Positions 45,836-55,663 of a stretch of 64,000 nt of DNA are shown here, in pieces. The position numbers and the translations under genes were made by a program. The notes beneath the pieces were generated by a model that was not told the origin of the DNA, made no database searches, and saw only the letters and a list, made by a program, of their open reading frames with translations. The DNA comes from Nevskiaceae bacterium (GTDB taxonomy: Bacteria; Patescibacteriota; Microgenomatia; PFEM01). The DNA is taken from the NCBI GenBank assembly GCA_035527075.1, contig DATLBE010000007.1:463-64462 (forward strand), read 5' to 3'. The stretch's first letter is position 1. Each line of letters begins with the position of its first letter.

Positions 45836-47130
45836 TAATCTATCTTATCTTGAAAAAATTTAATTAATTTGTCAACCTTTACTCTTTCTTGTTTCATCGT
45901 ATCTCGGTCTCTGACCGTGACAGTATTGTCTTTTAGGGTTTGATGATCCGTGGTTACACACCAAAAAGTTCCTATCTCGTCTTGGCGACGGTAACGCTTG
46001 CCGATGTTGCCAATATCATCCCAAGCCACCATAAATTTGGACTTTAAATTTTCATAAATCTCTTTTGCTTTTTTCACCAAATCCGGTTTATTAGCTAAAA
46101 GTGGAAAAATAGCGACTTTATAAGGAGAAAGTCTGGGATCGAGTGATAAAAATACTCGAACACCTTTATTGTCCTTTTCTTCACGATAAGCCTCTAAAAG
46201 TAGAACTAAAGCTATCCGTTCAACTCCTAACGATGGTTCAATCACATAAGGATAGAATTTTTTACCTTTTTCATCCTGAAATCGAAGATCTTTGCCAGAA
46301 AATTTAGAATGATTTTTAAGGTCAAAATCAGTCCGGTTAGCAATGCCTTCAAGCTCAGCCCAACCAAAGGGAAATTTATATTCAATATCAACTGTTCTTT
46401 TAGAATAATGAGCTAAAGCACTTTTTGGATGCTCAAAGAAACGCAGCTTCCTTTTGTTTATCCCCAAATCGGTATACCATTTCAAACGCTCTTTCAACCA
46501 ATAGTCAAACCATTTTTCATCTTCACCAGGCTTGACAAAATATTCAAGCTCCATCATCTCAAATTCTCGGTCGCGAAAGATAAAATTACCCGTCGTCACC
46601 TCATTCCTAAATCCCTTGCCAATTTGGGCAATACCAAAAGGCACTTTTGGCTGAAGAGTATCAACGACATTGATAAAATTGGTAAAAATTCCCTGACAAG
46701 TCTCTGGTCGAAGATATGCCCTACTGGCTGTTTCTTTAGCCGGCCCCACATGGGTCTCAAACATGAGATTAAATTGCTTAACTTCAGCTAATTCACCACC
46801 ACACTCTGGACATTTATCACTTTTAATATGGCCGGCCCGAAACCGCTTGTGGCAAGACTTACATTCTCTTAAAGGATCAGTAAAAGAAAGAGTGTGGCCA
46901 GAAGCTTCCCAGACCCTAGGGTTATGAATAATCGTTGAATCCAAACCATAGACCTCATCACGACTATGAACTACTGTTTTCCACCACCAGGCTTTAATGT
47001 TATTTTTTAACTCGACTCCCAAAGGACCAAAATCCCAAAACCCACCAATTCCTCCATAAATTTCAGAGGAAGGAAAAACAAATCCCCTTCTTTTACAAAG
47101 GGATACAATCTTTTCCATTAAACCAGTCAT
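45835..47130 (-). CDS. glyQS: Glycine-tRNA ligase (alpha2 type)
   Basis: CKRRGF..SSEIYGG, LRPETCQG, IGKRYRRQDEIGT. Confidence 0.97.
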   Translation of the reverse strand: MTGLMEKIVSLCKRRGFVFPSSEIYGGIGGFWDFGPLGVELKNNIKAWWWKTVVHSRDEVYGLDSTIIHNPRVWEASGHTLSFTDPLRECKSCHKRFRAGHIKSDKCPECGGELAEVKQFNLMFETHVGPAKETASRAYLRPETCQGIFTNFINVVDTLQPKVPFGIAQIGKGFRNEVTTGNFIFRDREFEMMELEYFVKPGEDEKWFDYWLKERLKWYTDLGINKRKLRFFEHPKSALAHYSKRTVDIEYKFPFGWAELEGIANRTDFDLKNHSKFSGKDLRFQDEKGKKFYPYVIEPSLGVERIALVLLLEAYREEKDNKGVRVFLSLDPRLSPYKVAIFPLLANKPDLVKKAKEIYENLKSKFMVAWDDIGNIGKRYRRQDEIGTFWCVTTDHQTLKDNTVTVRDRDTMKQERVKVDKLIKFFQDKID

Positions 47131-47165
47131 TTGAAATCAATGATAGCTCATTTAAGAAAAGCAAG

Positions 47166-47714
47166 TCAAATTGAAAAACCTGATTTACTGTTGATTTTTC
47201 TCTCGGTAATTTCTTCGATATAAGCGTTGAGGTTACCTTTAGTCTGCCTGAGCCCAGGGGGAATACCAAAGCCTAATTCCTCCAAAAGCTTCTCTTCAAA
47301 AGCTCTGGTAAGACCTAAACGCTTCTCTTGACCTATTTTATTTAAAGAGTCTTTTAAAAGTCTGAAAACTGCTTGATTGGGCTGGCCTTCTGGGGTAAGC
47401 TTATCCACTAATTCACAAAAATAATAAGCGGTGCCCACCTTGCTTAAATTTTTCCGCCATTCCTTAAAGGAATTTAAAACTTGGACTTCGGTGAGGATAT
47501 CTAAATTTCTACCTCTTGCCAGAAAGATAATGACTTGATTAAAAAGCTCAACGTTGCCGCCTTTGCGGCTGGTGATTTTTCTGACGCCTTTGGCTAAGGC
47601 TTTAATTTTGCCGTAGTGTTTGGAGTAAATGGTTAAAATTTTATCAGCTTCGCCAAAATTGATTCTTTTTAAAATGACACCTTCAGTCTTGTAACTACGG
47701 CTCGTTCGGGTCAA
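47166..47714 (-). CDS. recO: DNA repair protein RecO
   Basis: GEADKILT, GKIKALAKGVRK. Confidence 0.92.
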   Translation of the reverse strand: MTRTSRSYKTEGVILKRINFGEADKILTIYSKHYGKIKALAKGVRKITSRKGGNVELFNQVIIFLARGRNLDILTEVQVLNSFKEWRKNLSKVGTAYYFCELVDKLTPEGQPNQAVFRLLKDSLNKIGQEKRLGLTRAFEEKLLEELGFGIPPGLRQTKGNLNAYIEEITERKINSKSGFSI

Positions 47715-49633
47715 AATTTTACTTCCTTATCAGCTCGCAATTCAAAATTTTGAAGTTGCCCGTCAAGTTTAATGATATATTCGTGAGTTTTGGTGCCAGG
47801 TTGTTTTTGGATTAATAATTTATATTCTTGGTCTTTTCCTACTTTAAAAGGCAACTCGTATTTGAAAGTTAACTGAGCTTTCCCTTGTGGCCGTAAGGGA
47901 GCTTTATCACCGTAAAAAGCCTCAAAAACGGTTTTACCAAGGTCTTCGTAGGTTCTCACTTCAATTTCAGAACCCGTGGCTTCAATCAGTTGGCTGCCTT
48001 GAGGTACAAAAAGTCGAATCCAATCGCGGTATGGCGCATTCAAGCAAAGCTCGCCAGCTTCCAAGTTACAATTAGACGGTGGCGCAGGATTTCTGTAGTC
48101 AATGGTCACTGTTTTGGTGACGGCACCGTCGGAACCGATTTCAATCTCCTGAGTGACATTCTGCTCAATAAACATGTTTGATTTGGCACCGGCAAAATTG
48201 CAATCATTAAGATGAAAATAATCGCCATCATATTCTTTAATTCTACCTGCAGCATTTAAGGCTTCAATTGCCCCTTGAATTTCTTCATCAAAAAAGTAAA
48301 AAAGTAAGTGTTTTTCTTGAATATTGGCGAAAACAACATTAAAAAATTCCGGCCAGTTTTTCCGGGGAGACTGCATGACGTTGAGAAGAATGGAATGCAT
48401 CAAGGGTCCCAAAACCGCTTTTCTTTCGGTTCGCAGGGTGCCAGTTGGTTTGGTAATCTGGCGCTCAAGTTCATAAAAAACTTGAGGGCAGTCACAGCGA
48501 GGATCATTCTCGGCAGAAAAATTACCCCAATCGGCCACCCCAATTGGACCTAAAACTTTCAAAATATTAACAAGGACTTGAGTGTCAACAGCAATAATGC
48601 CATCAATATCGGTTCTGCCAACTTTGGTGTAATTTTCCCAAAAAGTTTCCATTGATTTTTTAAAATCAGGTGAAAGGTTCATGTCTCGAAGATGCCAATA
48701 AGAAACGTTTTTGTGATAATCAAGAATTGGTTGAGGTGCCTTTAACCGATTGCCAAAACGAGCATCCAAACCGTAAATATCATAAGAGCCCAACGGTTTA
48801 AAATTACCATTATGAACCGACAAAATCGCGTAGGCCGTCAAAAAACCGCCGGTGGGTCTTAACTCTGCGTCATTTTGAAAAAGTAAAAGGTATTTTTTCT
48901 CCTCCGGAATACCCAGAAGCGGCTTGAGGAAGCCTATAATGGGCTTGGCTTCAATCGCCGCTTTGGCGGCGCCATCAACAGTGTTTTTAAGCAGAACTAC
49001 ATTCTGCCTGACTTTTTTACCAAAAATCGCCTCCGGATAACGCTGGGGATCGATTTGGTCTACCTCTTTTTGGGCAAGCTCAAGTTTTTGGCCAATCTCA
49101 TCCAAACTGGGCTGAAGTTTATCGAGTGTGTCTAAAACCAACATTAAACGGTCTTCCATCGTCATTTCACCCGGCTCCTTTTCTTCCTCTTTCTTCTCAA
49201 AGCCAAGCAAATCAGCGTAAGGCTGGAGTGATTCAACGGCGATGTTAACAGACTCAAGTAGGTACTGACCACCAGCAAAAAGACGTTCCCCGTCCCAATA
49301 AAAACCACCCACGAAAGGTATAAATTTCAACCAAATCATTTTTCGATATTCTGAATTTAGCCGGTCAAGGCTCTCACCAGTAGATTCAAGCTTAACAAAG
49401 GCCGTATCAAGATCCTGAACCTGAATCGCTTCACCCGCACCTTTGACTTCAACCATTAAATTAGAAGCTTCTTTATTAAGGCTTAAAACAGGTAAAATAA
49501 GAAAGAATGTCAATAAAATTAAAGCAATTGCCAAAATACCCAGAAAGATAAACAATTTCTTTTTTTTTCTTCGCTTTTTTGGTTCTTTAGGAACTTCTTC
49601 CTGTTCAGTTGTCTCAAGTTTGATTTTGTCCAT
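47711..49633 (-). CDS. DUF4012-like membrane-anchored protein
   Basis: LLFQNDAELRPTGGF, RDMNLSPDF, IQKQPG. Confidence 0.85.
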   Translation of the reverse strand: MDKIKLETTEQEEVPKEPKKRRKKKKLFIFLGILAIALILLTFFLILPVLSLNKEASNLMVEVKGAGEAIQVQDLDTAFVKLESTGESLDRLNSEYRKMIWLKFIPFVGGFYWDGERLFAGGQYLLESVNIAVESLQPYADLLGFEKKEEEKEPGEMTMEDRLMLVLDTLDKLQPSLDEIGQKLELAQKEVDQIDPQRYPEAIFGKKVRQNVVLLKNTVDGAAKAAIEAKPIIGFLKPLLGIPEEKKYLLLFQNDAELRPTGGFLTAYAILSVHNGNFKPLGSYDIYGLDARFGNRLKAPQPILDYHKNVSYWHLRDMNLSPDFKKSMETFWENYTKVGRTDIDGIIAVDTQVLVNILKVLGPIGVADWGNFSAENDPRCDCPQVFYELERQITKPTGTLRTERKAVLGPLMHSILLNVMQSPRKNWPEFFNVVFANIQEKHLLFYFFDEEIQGAIEALNAAGRIKEYDGDYFHLNDCNFAGAKSNMFIEQNVTQEIEIGSDGAVTKTVTIDYRNPAPPSNCNLEAGELCLNAPYRDWIRLFVPQGSQLIEATGSEIEVRTYEDLGKTVFEAFYGDKAPLRPQGKAQLTFKYELPFKVGKDQEYKLLIQKQPGTKTHEYIIKLDGQLQNFELRADKEVKF

Positions 49634-50272
49634 TTAAAGCGCTCCTTTGCCAGAAATCATTACCCAAGGGGTTTTTAAAATAATGATGACGTCTTGAAAA
49701 ATTGATTTTTGTCTGGCATATTGGGCATCCATTTTTACTCTTTTGTCAAAATTAATCTCACTCCGACCGGTCACCTGCCAATAACCGGTAATGCCTGGTT
49801 TAACTTTCAAAAGTTGTTCAACATACTTTTTTGTCTGAGGATAAACTTTTTGTTGTTCCTTCAACTCATCTGGATAATAAGCTCGCGGGCCAACAATGTT
49901 CATTTCTCCTTTTAGGATGTTAAATATCTGGGGTAATTCATCTAAAGAAAAACGCCTCAATAGGCGCCCAACTTGGGTAATTCGGGGGTCGTCTTTCAAT
50001 TTATAACTGCCCTTTTTGTATTGTTTGTAAATTCGACGAAATTTGGGGTCGGTTCTAAGTAATTGGTGAGCATTGGCAATCATCGAACGAAATTTAAACA
50101 TCCGGAACATTTTTTTATTCTTTCCCACTCTTTTGGGCGTAACAGCAAAAATTGGCCCAGCTGAATCAATTTTAATCAGAACCGGCACAATCATAAAAAC
50201 CGGGGCAAAAACAATTAATAAAATAATTGCCATCAAGATATCAAGGATTCGTTTGACAGTATCGTAAGGCAT
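49634..50272 (-). CDS. Priming sugar transferase (polyprenyl-phosphate glycosylphosphotransferase)
   Basis: KRILDI, FKFRSM, DPRIT, SLDELPQ, KPGITG.WQ. Confidence 0.95.
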   Translation of the reverse strand: MPYDTVKRILDILMAIILLIVFAPVFMIVPVLIKIDSAGPIFAVTPKRVGKNKKMFRMFKFRSMIANAHQLLRTDPKFRRIYKQYKKGSYKLKDDPRITQVGRLLRRFSLDELPQIFNILKGEMNIVGPRAYYPDELKEQQKVYPQTKKYVEQLLKVKPGITGYWQVTGRSEINFDKRVKMDAQYARQKSIFQDVIIILKTPWVMISGKGAL

Positions 50273-50275
50273 AAT

Positions 50276-51391
50276 TTAAAGATACTCAGTTTTTCTTTTA
50301 TCTTTCAAGAGTTCAACTAATTTCTTGACATTTTGGGCTTTGTCTCTTCTACAAATCAAAACTGCATCGGTGGTATCAACAACAATTAAGTCCTCAACAT
50401 CAATCACCGCGATTAGTTGATCGTCAAATTGAATCAAATTATTTTTGGCATTTAAACCAATAAACTCGCCCTTCTTACCATATTTAATCACCACATTGCC
50501 ATCTTTGTCTTTTTTAGAAATGTCATAAATAACACTCCAATCACCGATATCATTCCAACCCATTTGGGCAGGAATCATCAATGCCTTTTTCACTTTTTCC
50601 GAAACCGCCACATCAACAGAAACATTTGGAGCTTGCAAGTAAGCAGCTTTCATCACCGATTGAAACTGGCTGGTTCCTAAAACTTTCTCAACTTTGTTTA
50701 AGGCCTTAAAAGTGGTTGGTGAATGTTTCTTTAAAGCCGCCAAGAAAAAGCTGGCTGACCAAACATACATCCCTGAATTCCAATAATAGTCTCCCGTGGC
50801 CATAAATTTTTTAGCCGTCTTGTAATCTGGCTTTTCGACAAATTTCTCTAGCTTAAAGACGGGCACACCATTAATTTTCCTGATAATTTTTTTAGCGTGA
50901 ATATAACCAAGACCGGTGTGGATTCGGGTTGGTTTAATACCGACCGCCACCAAGGTTTGATAGTCAAATGCGGCTTGAGCCGCAGCCAACTCTACTTTTT
51001 TAAAAATTGCTTCCTTCCTCACTAAATTGTCAGCCCAAAAATTCATGACCACTGCTTGAGGGTCTTGTTTTTTGGCCATTAAAGTGCCTAAACCACAGGC
51101 AATGGCTGTATTACGACGCATTGGTTCCCAAACAATGTTTTTTTCTGGGATAGCGGGTGCTTCTTTTTTTATTTCCTGAGCATAATCACGGCTGACAGTC
51201 ACAACAATCATTCTTTCAGGGATGACTAATCCTTTCAACCGTTTGACTGTTTTTTGAAAAAGCGTATCTTTACCCAAAAGGCGAGAAAATTGTTTGGGTG
51301 TTTTATTGCGTGAGCGGGGCCAAAGTCTTGTCCCGCCACCACCACAAATAATCAAGGCATACAAGTGTTTTTTTAACTCATTTTCTGCCAT
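50276..51391 (-). CDS. manC: Mannose-1-phosphate guanylyltransferase
   Basis: GGGGTRLWPRSR..PKQF, EP..RNTA, FVEKP, WNSG, WNDIG. Confidence 0.9.
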   Translation of the reverse strand: MAENELKKHLYALIICGGGGTRLWPRSRNKTPKQFSRLLGKDTLFQKTVKRLKGLVIPERMIVVTVSRDYAQEIKKEAPAIPEKNIVWEPMRRNTAIACGLGTLMAKKQDPQAVVMNFWADNLVRKEAIFKKVELAAAQAAFDYQTLVAVGIKPTRIHTGLGYIHAKKIIRKINGVPVFKLEKFVEKPDYKTAKKFMATGDYYWNSGMYVWSASFFLAALKKHSPTTFKALNKVEKVLGTSQFQSVMKAAYLQAPNVSVDVAVSEKVKKALMIPAQMGWNDIGDWSVIYDISKKDKDGNVVIKYGKKGEFIGLNAKNNLIQFDDQLIAVIDVEDLIVVDTTDAVLICRRDKAQNVKKLVELLKDKRKTEYL

Positions 51392-52470
51392 TTTTCCTCC
51401 ACCAATCTTTTCATCCTTTTGACAAATTCTTCTTGGCTAAACCGCAGCGCATTGGTGCGACACTCCTTTGGATCAAACTTTAAATTTTTAAATTTCTTTA
51501 TCGCACCTATTAATTCTTTCTCACTTTGTTTTTCAAAAAATAAACCGGTTTTACCTTCAATAACGGTTTCTAAAACGCCACCGTTTCGATAAGCAATCAC
51601 CGGCCTGCCACAGCTTTGTGCCTCTAACGGTACTAAGCCAAAATCTTCAACCTGCGGAAAGATAACCGCACGACATTTTTGATAGTAGCCTAAAAGTTGG
51701 GCATCTGTCAACTGGCCAAGAAATTGAACGTTTTTTTTGGCCATTTTTTTTAATTTTTTCGCTTGTTGGCCAACGCCGACAATTTTTAAAGGTAACCCCA
51801 ACTGGTTAAAAACCCTAACCACCAAGTCAACTTTTTTGTAAGCTACCAAGCGAGAAACAACCAAAAAAAAATCAGCTGGTTTACCATCAATACCCGGCCG
51901 CCACTTTTCAGTCTCCACTGGCGGGTAAATCACCTTTGAATCTCGGCGATAATATTTTTTAATTCTTTTTTGAACATTTTTGGAAATCGCCAAATAAACA
52001 TCAGGCCGTTGACTGGCAATCTTATCCCATCTACGCAGATAAGCAACAATTGGTTTAGTTAAAAACCTCAGGGTTTTATTCTGAAAATAATCCTCATAAT
52101 CACTCCATAAATAGCGTGTAGGTGTCAAGCAATAACAAAAATGAAGGGTTTGGGGTTTGGTGACAATTCCTTTTGCCTCAGCGCTGGTGACTGAAATGAC
52201 AACATCATATCCGCCAGCTGGCGGATCGAAGTTAAAACTTTCAAAAGCCAAAGGCGTCAGCCAGGGATAAATTTCATGGTGCTTTTTGGCCAAAGGAAGT
52301 TTATTTAAAAAAGAGGGAATGACCCTAAATTTTTTTGCCCAAAGAGCAGTTTTTGGATTATAAACAGCTGTAAAAAGGGGCGCTTCCGGCCAAATTTGAT
52401 GTAAAGCCAAAAGGACTCTTTCTGCCCCACCCCATTTATTGACCCGGTCATAAACTAAAGCAACTTTCAT
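51373..52470 (-). CDS. GT4 glycosyltransferase
   Basis: GGAERV, EDFGLVPLEA. Confidence 0.93.
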   Translation of the reverse strand: MKVALVYDRVNKWGGAERVLLALHQIWPEAPLFTAVYNPKTALWAKKFRVIPSFLNKLPLAKKHHEIYPWLTPLAFESFNFDPPAGGYDVVISVTSAEAKGIVTKPQTLHFCYCLTPTRYLWSDYEDYFQNKTLRFLTKPIVAYLRRWDKIASQRPDVYLAISKNVQKRIKKYYRRDSKVIYPPVETEKWRPGIDGKPADFFLVVSRLVAYKKVDLVVRVFNQLGLPLKIVGVGQQAKKLKKMAKKNVQFLGQLTDAQLLGYYQKCRAVIFPQVEDFGLVPLEAQSCGRPVIAYRNGGVLETVIEGKTGLFFEKQSEKELIGAIKKFKNLKFDPKECRTNALRFSQEEFVKRMKRLVEEKWQKMS

Positions 52471-53564
52471 TTCGATCCGTTCTTATAAACTTCAATAGTT
52501 TCCCTTGCCATTTTTTGCCAACTGTATTTTTCAACTTGTTGATAACCCAGTTTAACCATTTTACTTTTAAGTTCTTTGTTGCCAACAACTTTTTTTATTT
52601 TCTTTGCCATTTCGCCAACATCCAAGGGATTAAAATAAACAGCCGCCTGACCGTAGACTTCTGGCAAACAGGAAGAGCTTGAGGCAATCACTGGCAAACC
52701 AACAGCCATTGCCTCAAGGCCTGGTAAACCAAAACCCTCAAGCAATGAAGGAAAAACAAACGCTTCAGCTTGTTGATAAAGAGCGACTAAATCTTTATCC
52801 GGAACAAAACCAGCCAAAGTCACTAATTTTTCTGCTTTAAGCATCTTAATTTTCTTTTTAAATCTTTGCCAAAAAACATTCCTGGCACAAACAACTACCA
52901 ACCGAAGATTGATTTTTTGGACTGCCCTGACTAGGCTGACAACATTTTTATGAGGATAAAGACTGCCGGTGTAAATGACAAAAGGTTTTTTAATTTTGTA
53001 TTTTGTCAACAAATTTCCAATCTTAAATTTGTCATCTACGCCTTCATAAGTAACCACAATTTTTTCTGGTGGTAAATGATATCGCCTTGTCAGCTCTGTT
53101 TTTGTCCATTGGCTGGGAACAATAATTCTTGCCGCTCGATTAACGACTAACCAAACTAAAAAGCGATAGTTTAAAAATTTAAACCAATAAAACAGCGGCC
53201 ATTTTGTCGTTGTTCTTACTCCTCGTGATTGATGTTTAATCAAATCATGGATAGTCACAATTTGTCGACCCCACCAAAAAAAAGGCACATTAAAATGAGG
53301 AAAATGGACCAAATCCGGCTTTAGTTTGATCAGTTGAAGCGGTAAAAAAAACTGCTCTTTTAAAGAATAGTGTCCGTAATCAGCCAAAACTTTTTTAAAT
53401 CTTGGATTGGCAAAATGAACCTTTTGATAATATTTTTTTCTTAACAAAACCCAATAATTATTCTTTTTGTCTTGCTTTTCAATTTCCTTAACTAAATTTA
53501 AAACATACCGGCCAATGCCGGCATGTTTTAAACCATACATCCTACCATCAATAACAATTTTCAT
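52467..53564 (-). CDS. GT4 glycosyltransferase
   Basis: GIGRY, EGFGLPGLEAM. Confidence 0.93.
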   Translation of the reverse strand: MKIVIDGRMYGLKHAGIGRYVLNLVKEIEKQDKKNNYWVLLRKKYYQKVHFANPRFKKVLADYGHYSLKEQFFLPLQLIKLKPDLVHFPHFNVPFFWWGRQIVTIHDLIKHQSRGVRTTTKWPLFYWFKFLNYRFLVWLVVNRAARIIVPSQWTKTELTRRYHLPPEKIVVTYEGVDDKFKIGNLLTKYKIKKPFVIYTGSLYPHKNVVSLVRAVQKINLRLVVVCARNVFWQRFKKKIKMLKAEKLVTLAGFVPDKDLVALYQQAEAFVFPSLLEGFGLPGLEAMAVGLPVIASSSSCLPEVYGQAAVYFNPLDVGEMAKKIKKVVGNKELKSKMVKLGYQQVEKYSWQKMARETIEVYKNGSK

Positions 53565-53568
53565 TTTT

Positions 53569-54486
53569 CTACTTAAGATAATGGTGTAAAATTCTAAAAA
53601 AGCCTTTCAATTTGATTCCGAAAATCACCAACCAAGTAAGCCAGTGAGGATATTTATCGCGGTAAAATTTTTGGTAAAAAATTTCCATGGCTTTAATTGA
53701 AGCTTTGGCTGTTTTAATTCGGGTCTGACGACTCGCCGGTGAGATTTTCTCTGATTCTTTTCTTAATCCGGAGCTGGCACCTTTATAATGCACCAAAAAC
53801 GGTTCAGGATAAAACATCACCTGCCAACCCGCTTGTTTAATCCGATAAAAATAGTCTAAATCTTCGCCATAAAAAAAATATTGATCATCCCAAGGGCCGA
53901 CTTGATTAATAACTTCGCGGCGAACAAACATAAAAGTGCCAAAACCAGCGTCAATTTCATGAACCTTGTTAAGATCAAGGTAAAACTTGTGATATTGACC
54001 AAACGTTTTACTTTTAGGAAAAAGTTTCTCCAGACCAAGAAAATAGGAAATTGAGGGCCAAGGAGTTGGAAAACTCCGATGACAATCAGGGTCCATCCCA
54101 CCAGAAACCAGCATAGTTTTAGCTGTGGCGGCGCCCACTTTAGGATTTTTATCCATAAAAGTTATCATTTTTTTAAAAGCATCTGGTTTCACTTTTGTAT
54201 CAGAATTTAGAAACAAAATATACCTGCCTCTGGCAATTTTCAGGCCGAGATTATTACCGCCGGAAAAACCAAGATTAACCTTACTTTCGATTAATTTTAC
54301 CCACGAAAATGCTTTTTTAATCATGGCGACCGAGCCGTCAGTTGAAGCGTTATCGACCACAATGGTTTCATACTGAAAACTATTTTTTTCCGATTTTAAA
54401 ACTGATTGCAAACAATCCCGGAGTAAATCCTTGGTATTAAAATTTAAAATAATGATTGATAAATCAACTTTTTTGGCCACCAACAA
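53569..54486 (-). CDS. GT2 glycosyltransferase
   Basis: VVDNASTDGS, NLGF, LNSD, GEDLD. Confidence 0.93.
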   Translation of the reverse strand: MLVAKKVDLSIIILNFNTKDLLRDCLQSVLKSEKNSFQYETIVVDNASTDGSVAMIKKAFSWVKLIESKVNLGFSGGNNLGLKIARGRYILFLNSDTKVKPDAFKKMITFMDKNPKVGAATAKTMLVSGGMDPDCHRSFPTPWPSISYFLGLEKLFPKSKTFGQYHKFYLDLNKVHEIDAGFGTFMFVRREVINQVGPWDDQYFFYGEDLDYFYRIKQAGWQVMFYPEPFLVHYKGASSGLRKESEKISPASRQTRIKTAKASIKAMEIFYQKFYRDKYPHWLTWLVIFGIKLKGFFRILHHYLK

Positions 54487-55663
54487 CCTCCTGATAAACT
54501 TTGTCTAATTTTTGGGCACTTTTTCGCCAACTATACTTCTTTTTAACTAAATCTTTAGACTTTCTACCAATCTTTTCAATTAAAGTTTTATCCTGTAAAA
54601 TCTTGACTGTTTTCTCTGCGAGCTTGGCAAAATCATCAGCAATAAAAATCTCCTCACCATCTTTAGCTTCTATCCCCTCTTTTCCTTGCCGGGTGGTCAC
54701 AATCGGTAAGCCCGAAGCCATGGCTTCAAAAAACTTAGTTCGACTTCCTCCTCCACTTCTCATTGGCGCTACCGACACCCAGGCTTGTTGATAGGCTTTC
54801 CTAGACTCTTTAATCTCCTGAACCAAGACATCATCTGATTTTAAACCAGACAGAAATTCGGGTGCATGCCGACCAACAATCCAGAGTTTTGCTTTTGGAA
54901 CTTCCTGCTTAATTAAAGGCCAAACTTTATCAATCAAAAGCCTTGCCCCCTCTCTGTTTTCCATCCATTTAAAATTGCCAACTCCGAAAAGAACAACTGA
55001 CTCTTTTGCCCGAGAGAAAATTTTTTTACTAAAATAAACTTCATCAACACCGTTAGGAACAATCTCTACCTTTAATTTTTTAACAAGACTTTCCATCAAC
55101 TTCTTATCCTCCTGAGACACAGCCACCGTCATATCCGCTTTCTTCCAATAAAGTTTCTCCCAAAATTTTAATTTAACTACATCAATCCACAAAAAAGGCT
55201 TAATGAAAAACCAAAACCAGGGTAGAGCCTTTACAAAATGTTGATAAACTCGATATTCTATTGTCTGATCAACTAGAAGAATGGGAACATCTGTTTTGGG
55301 TACCTCAGGCATCAAATAAAAAGTCTCCACATGAATTAAGTCGTAGTCATTCCTCTCTAGTTCTTGCCTAATTATTTCTTTGACTTCTCTGGAAAAATAA
55401 ATCGAAGCTAAGAATGGATAAAGACTAAAACCAGTAAAAAAAATGTTTATTGGCGCCCAAGCTTTTCGTCTTTTGAATAACTTTATTTGCTTACAGTAGG
55501 GTGAGAGTTTTTTTAAAAATCGCTTCTCTTTATCGTCTCTAATAAAACTAAACAAAGTAATCTGATGTTTCTTACCTAAATTTTTGATTAAATTAAATGA
55601 CCGCGTCTGGCCTCCCGAATAGGGCGGATAAGGGAAATATGGGGTAAGCATTAAAACTTTCAT
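54464..55663 (-). CDS. GT4 glycosyltransferase
   Basis: PNGVD, GSRTKFFEAMASG. Confidence 0.9.
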   Translation of the reverse strand: MKVLMLTPYFPYPPYSGGQTRSFNLIKNLGKKHQITLFSFIRDDKEKRFLKKLSPYCKQIKLFKRRKAWAPINIFFTGFSLYPFLASIYFSREVKEIIRQELERNDYDLIHVETFYLMPEVPKTDVPILLVDQTIEYRVYQHFVKALPWFWFFIKPFLWIDVVKLKFWEKLYWKKADMTVAVSQEDKKLMESLVKKLKVEIVPNGVDEVYFSKKIFSRAKESVVLFGVGNFKWMENREGARLLIDKVWPLIKQEVPKAKLWIVGRHAPEFLSGLKSDDVLVQEIKESRKAYQQAWVSVAPMRSGGGSRTKFFEAMASGLPIVTTRQGKEGIEAKDGEEIFIADDFAKLAEKTVKILQDKTLIEKIGRKSKDLVKKKYSWRKSAQKLDKVYQEVVGGQKS

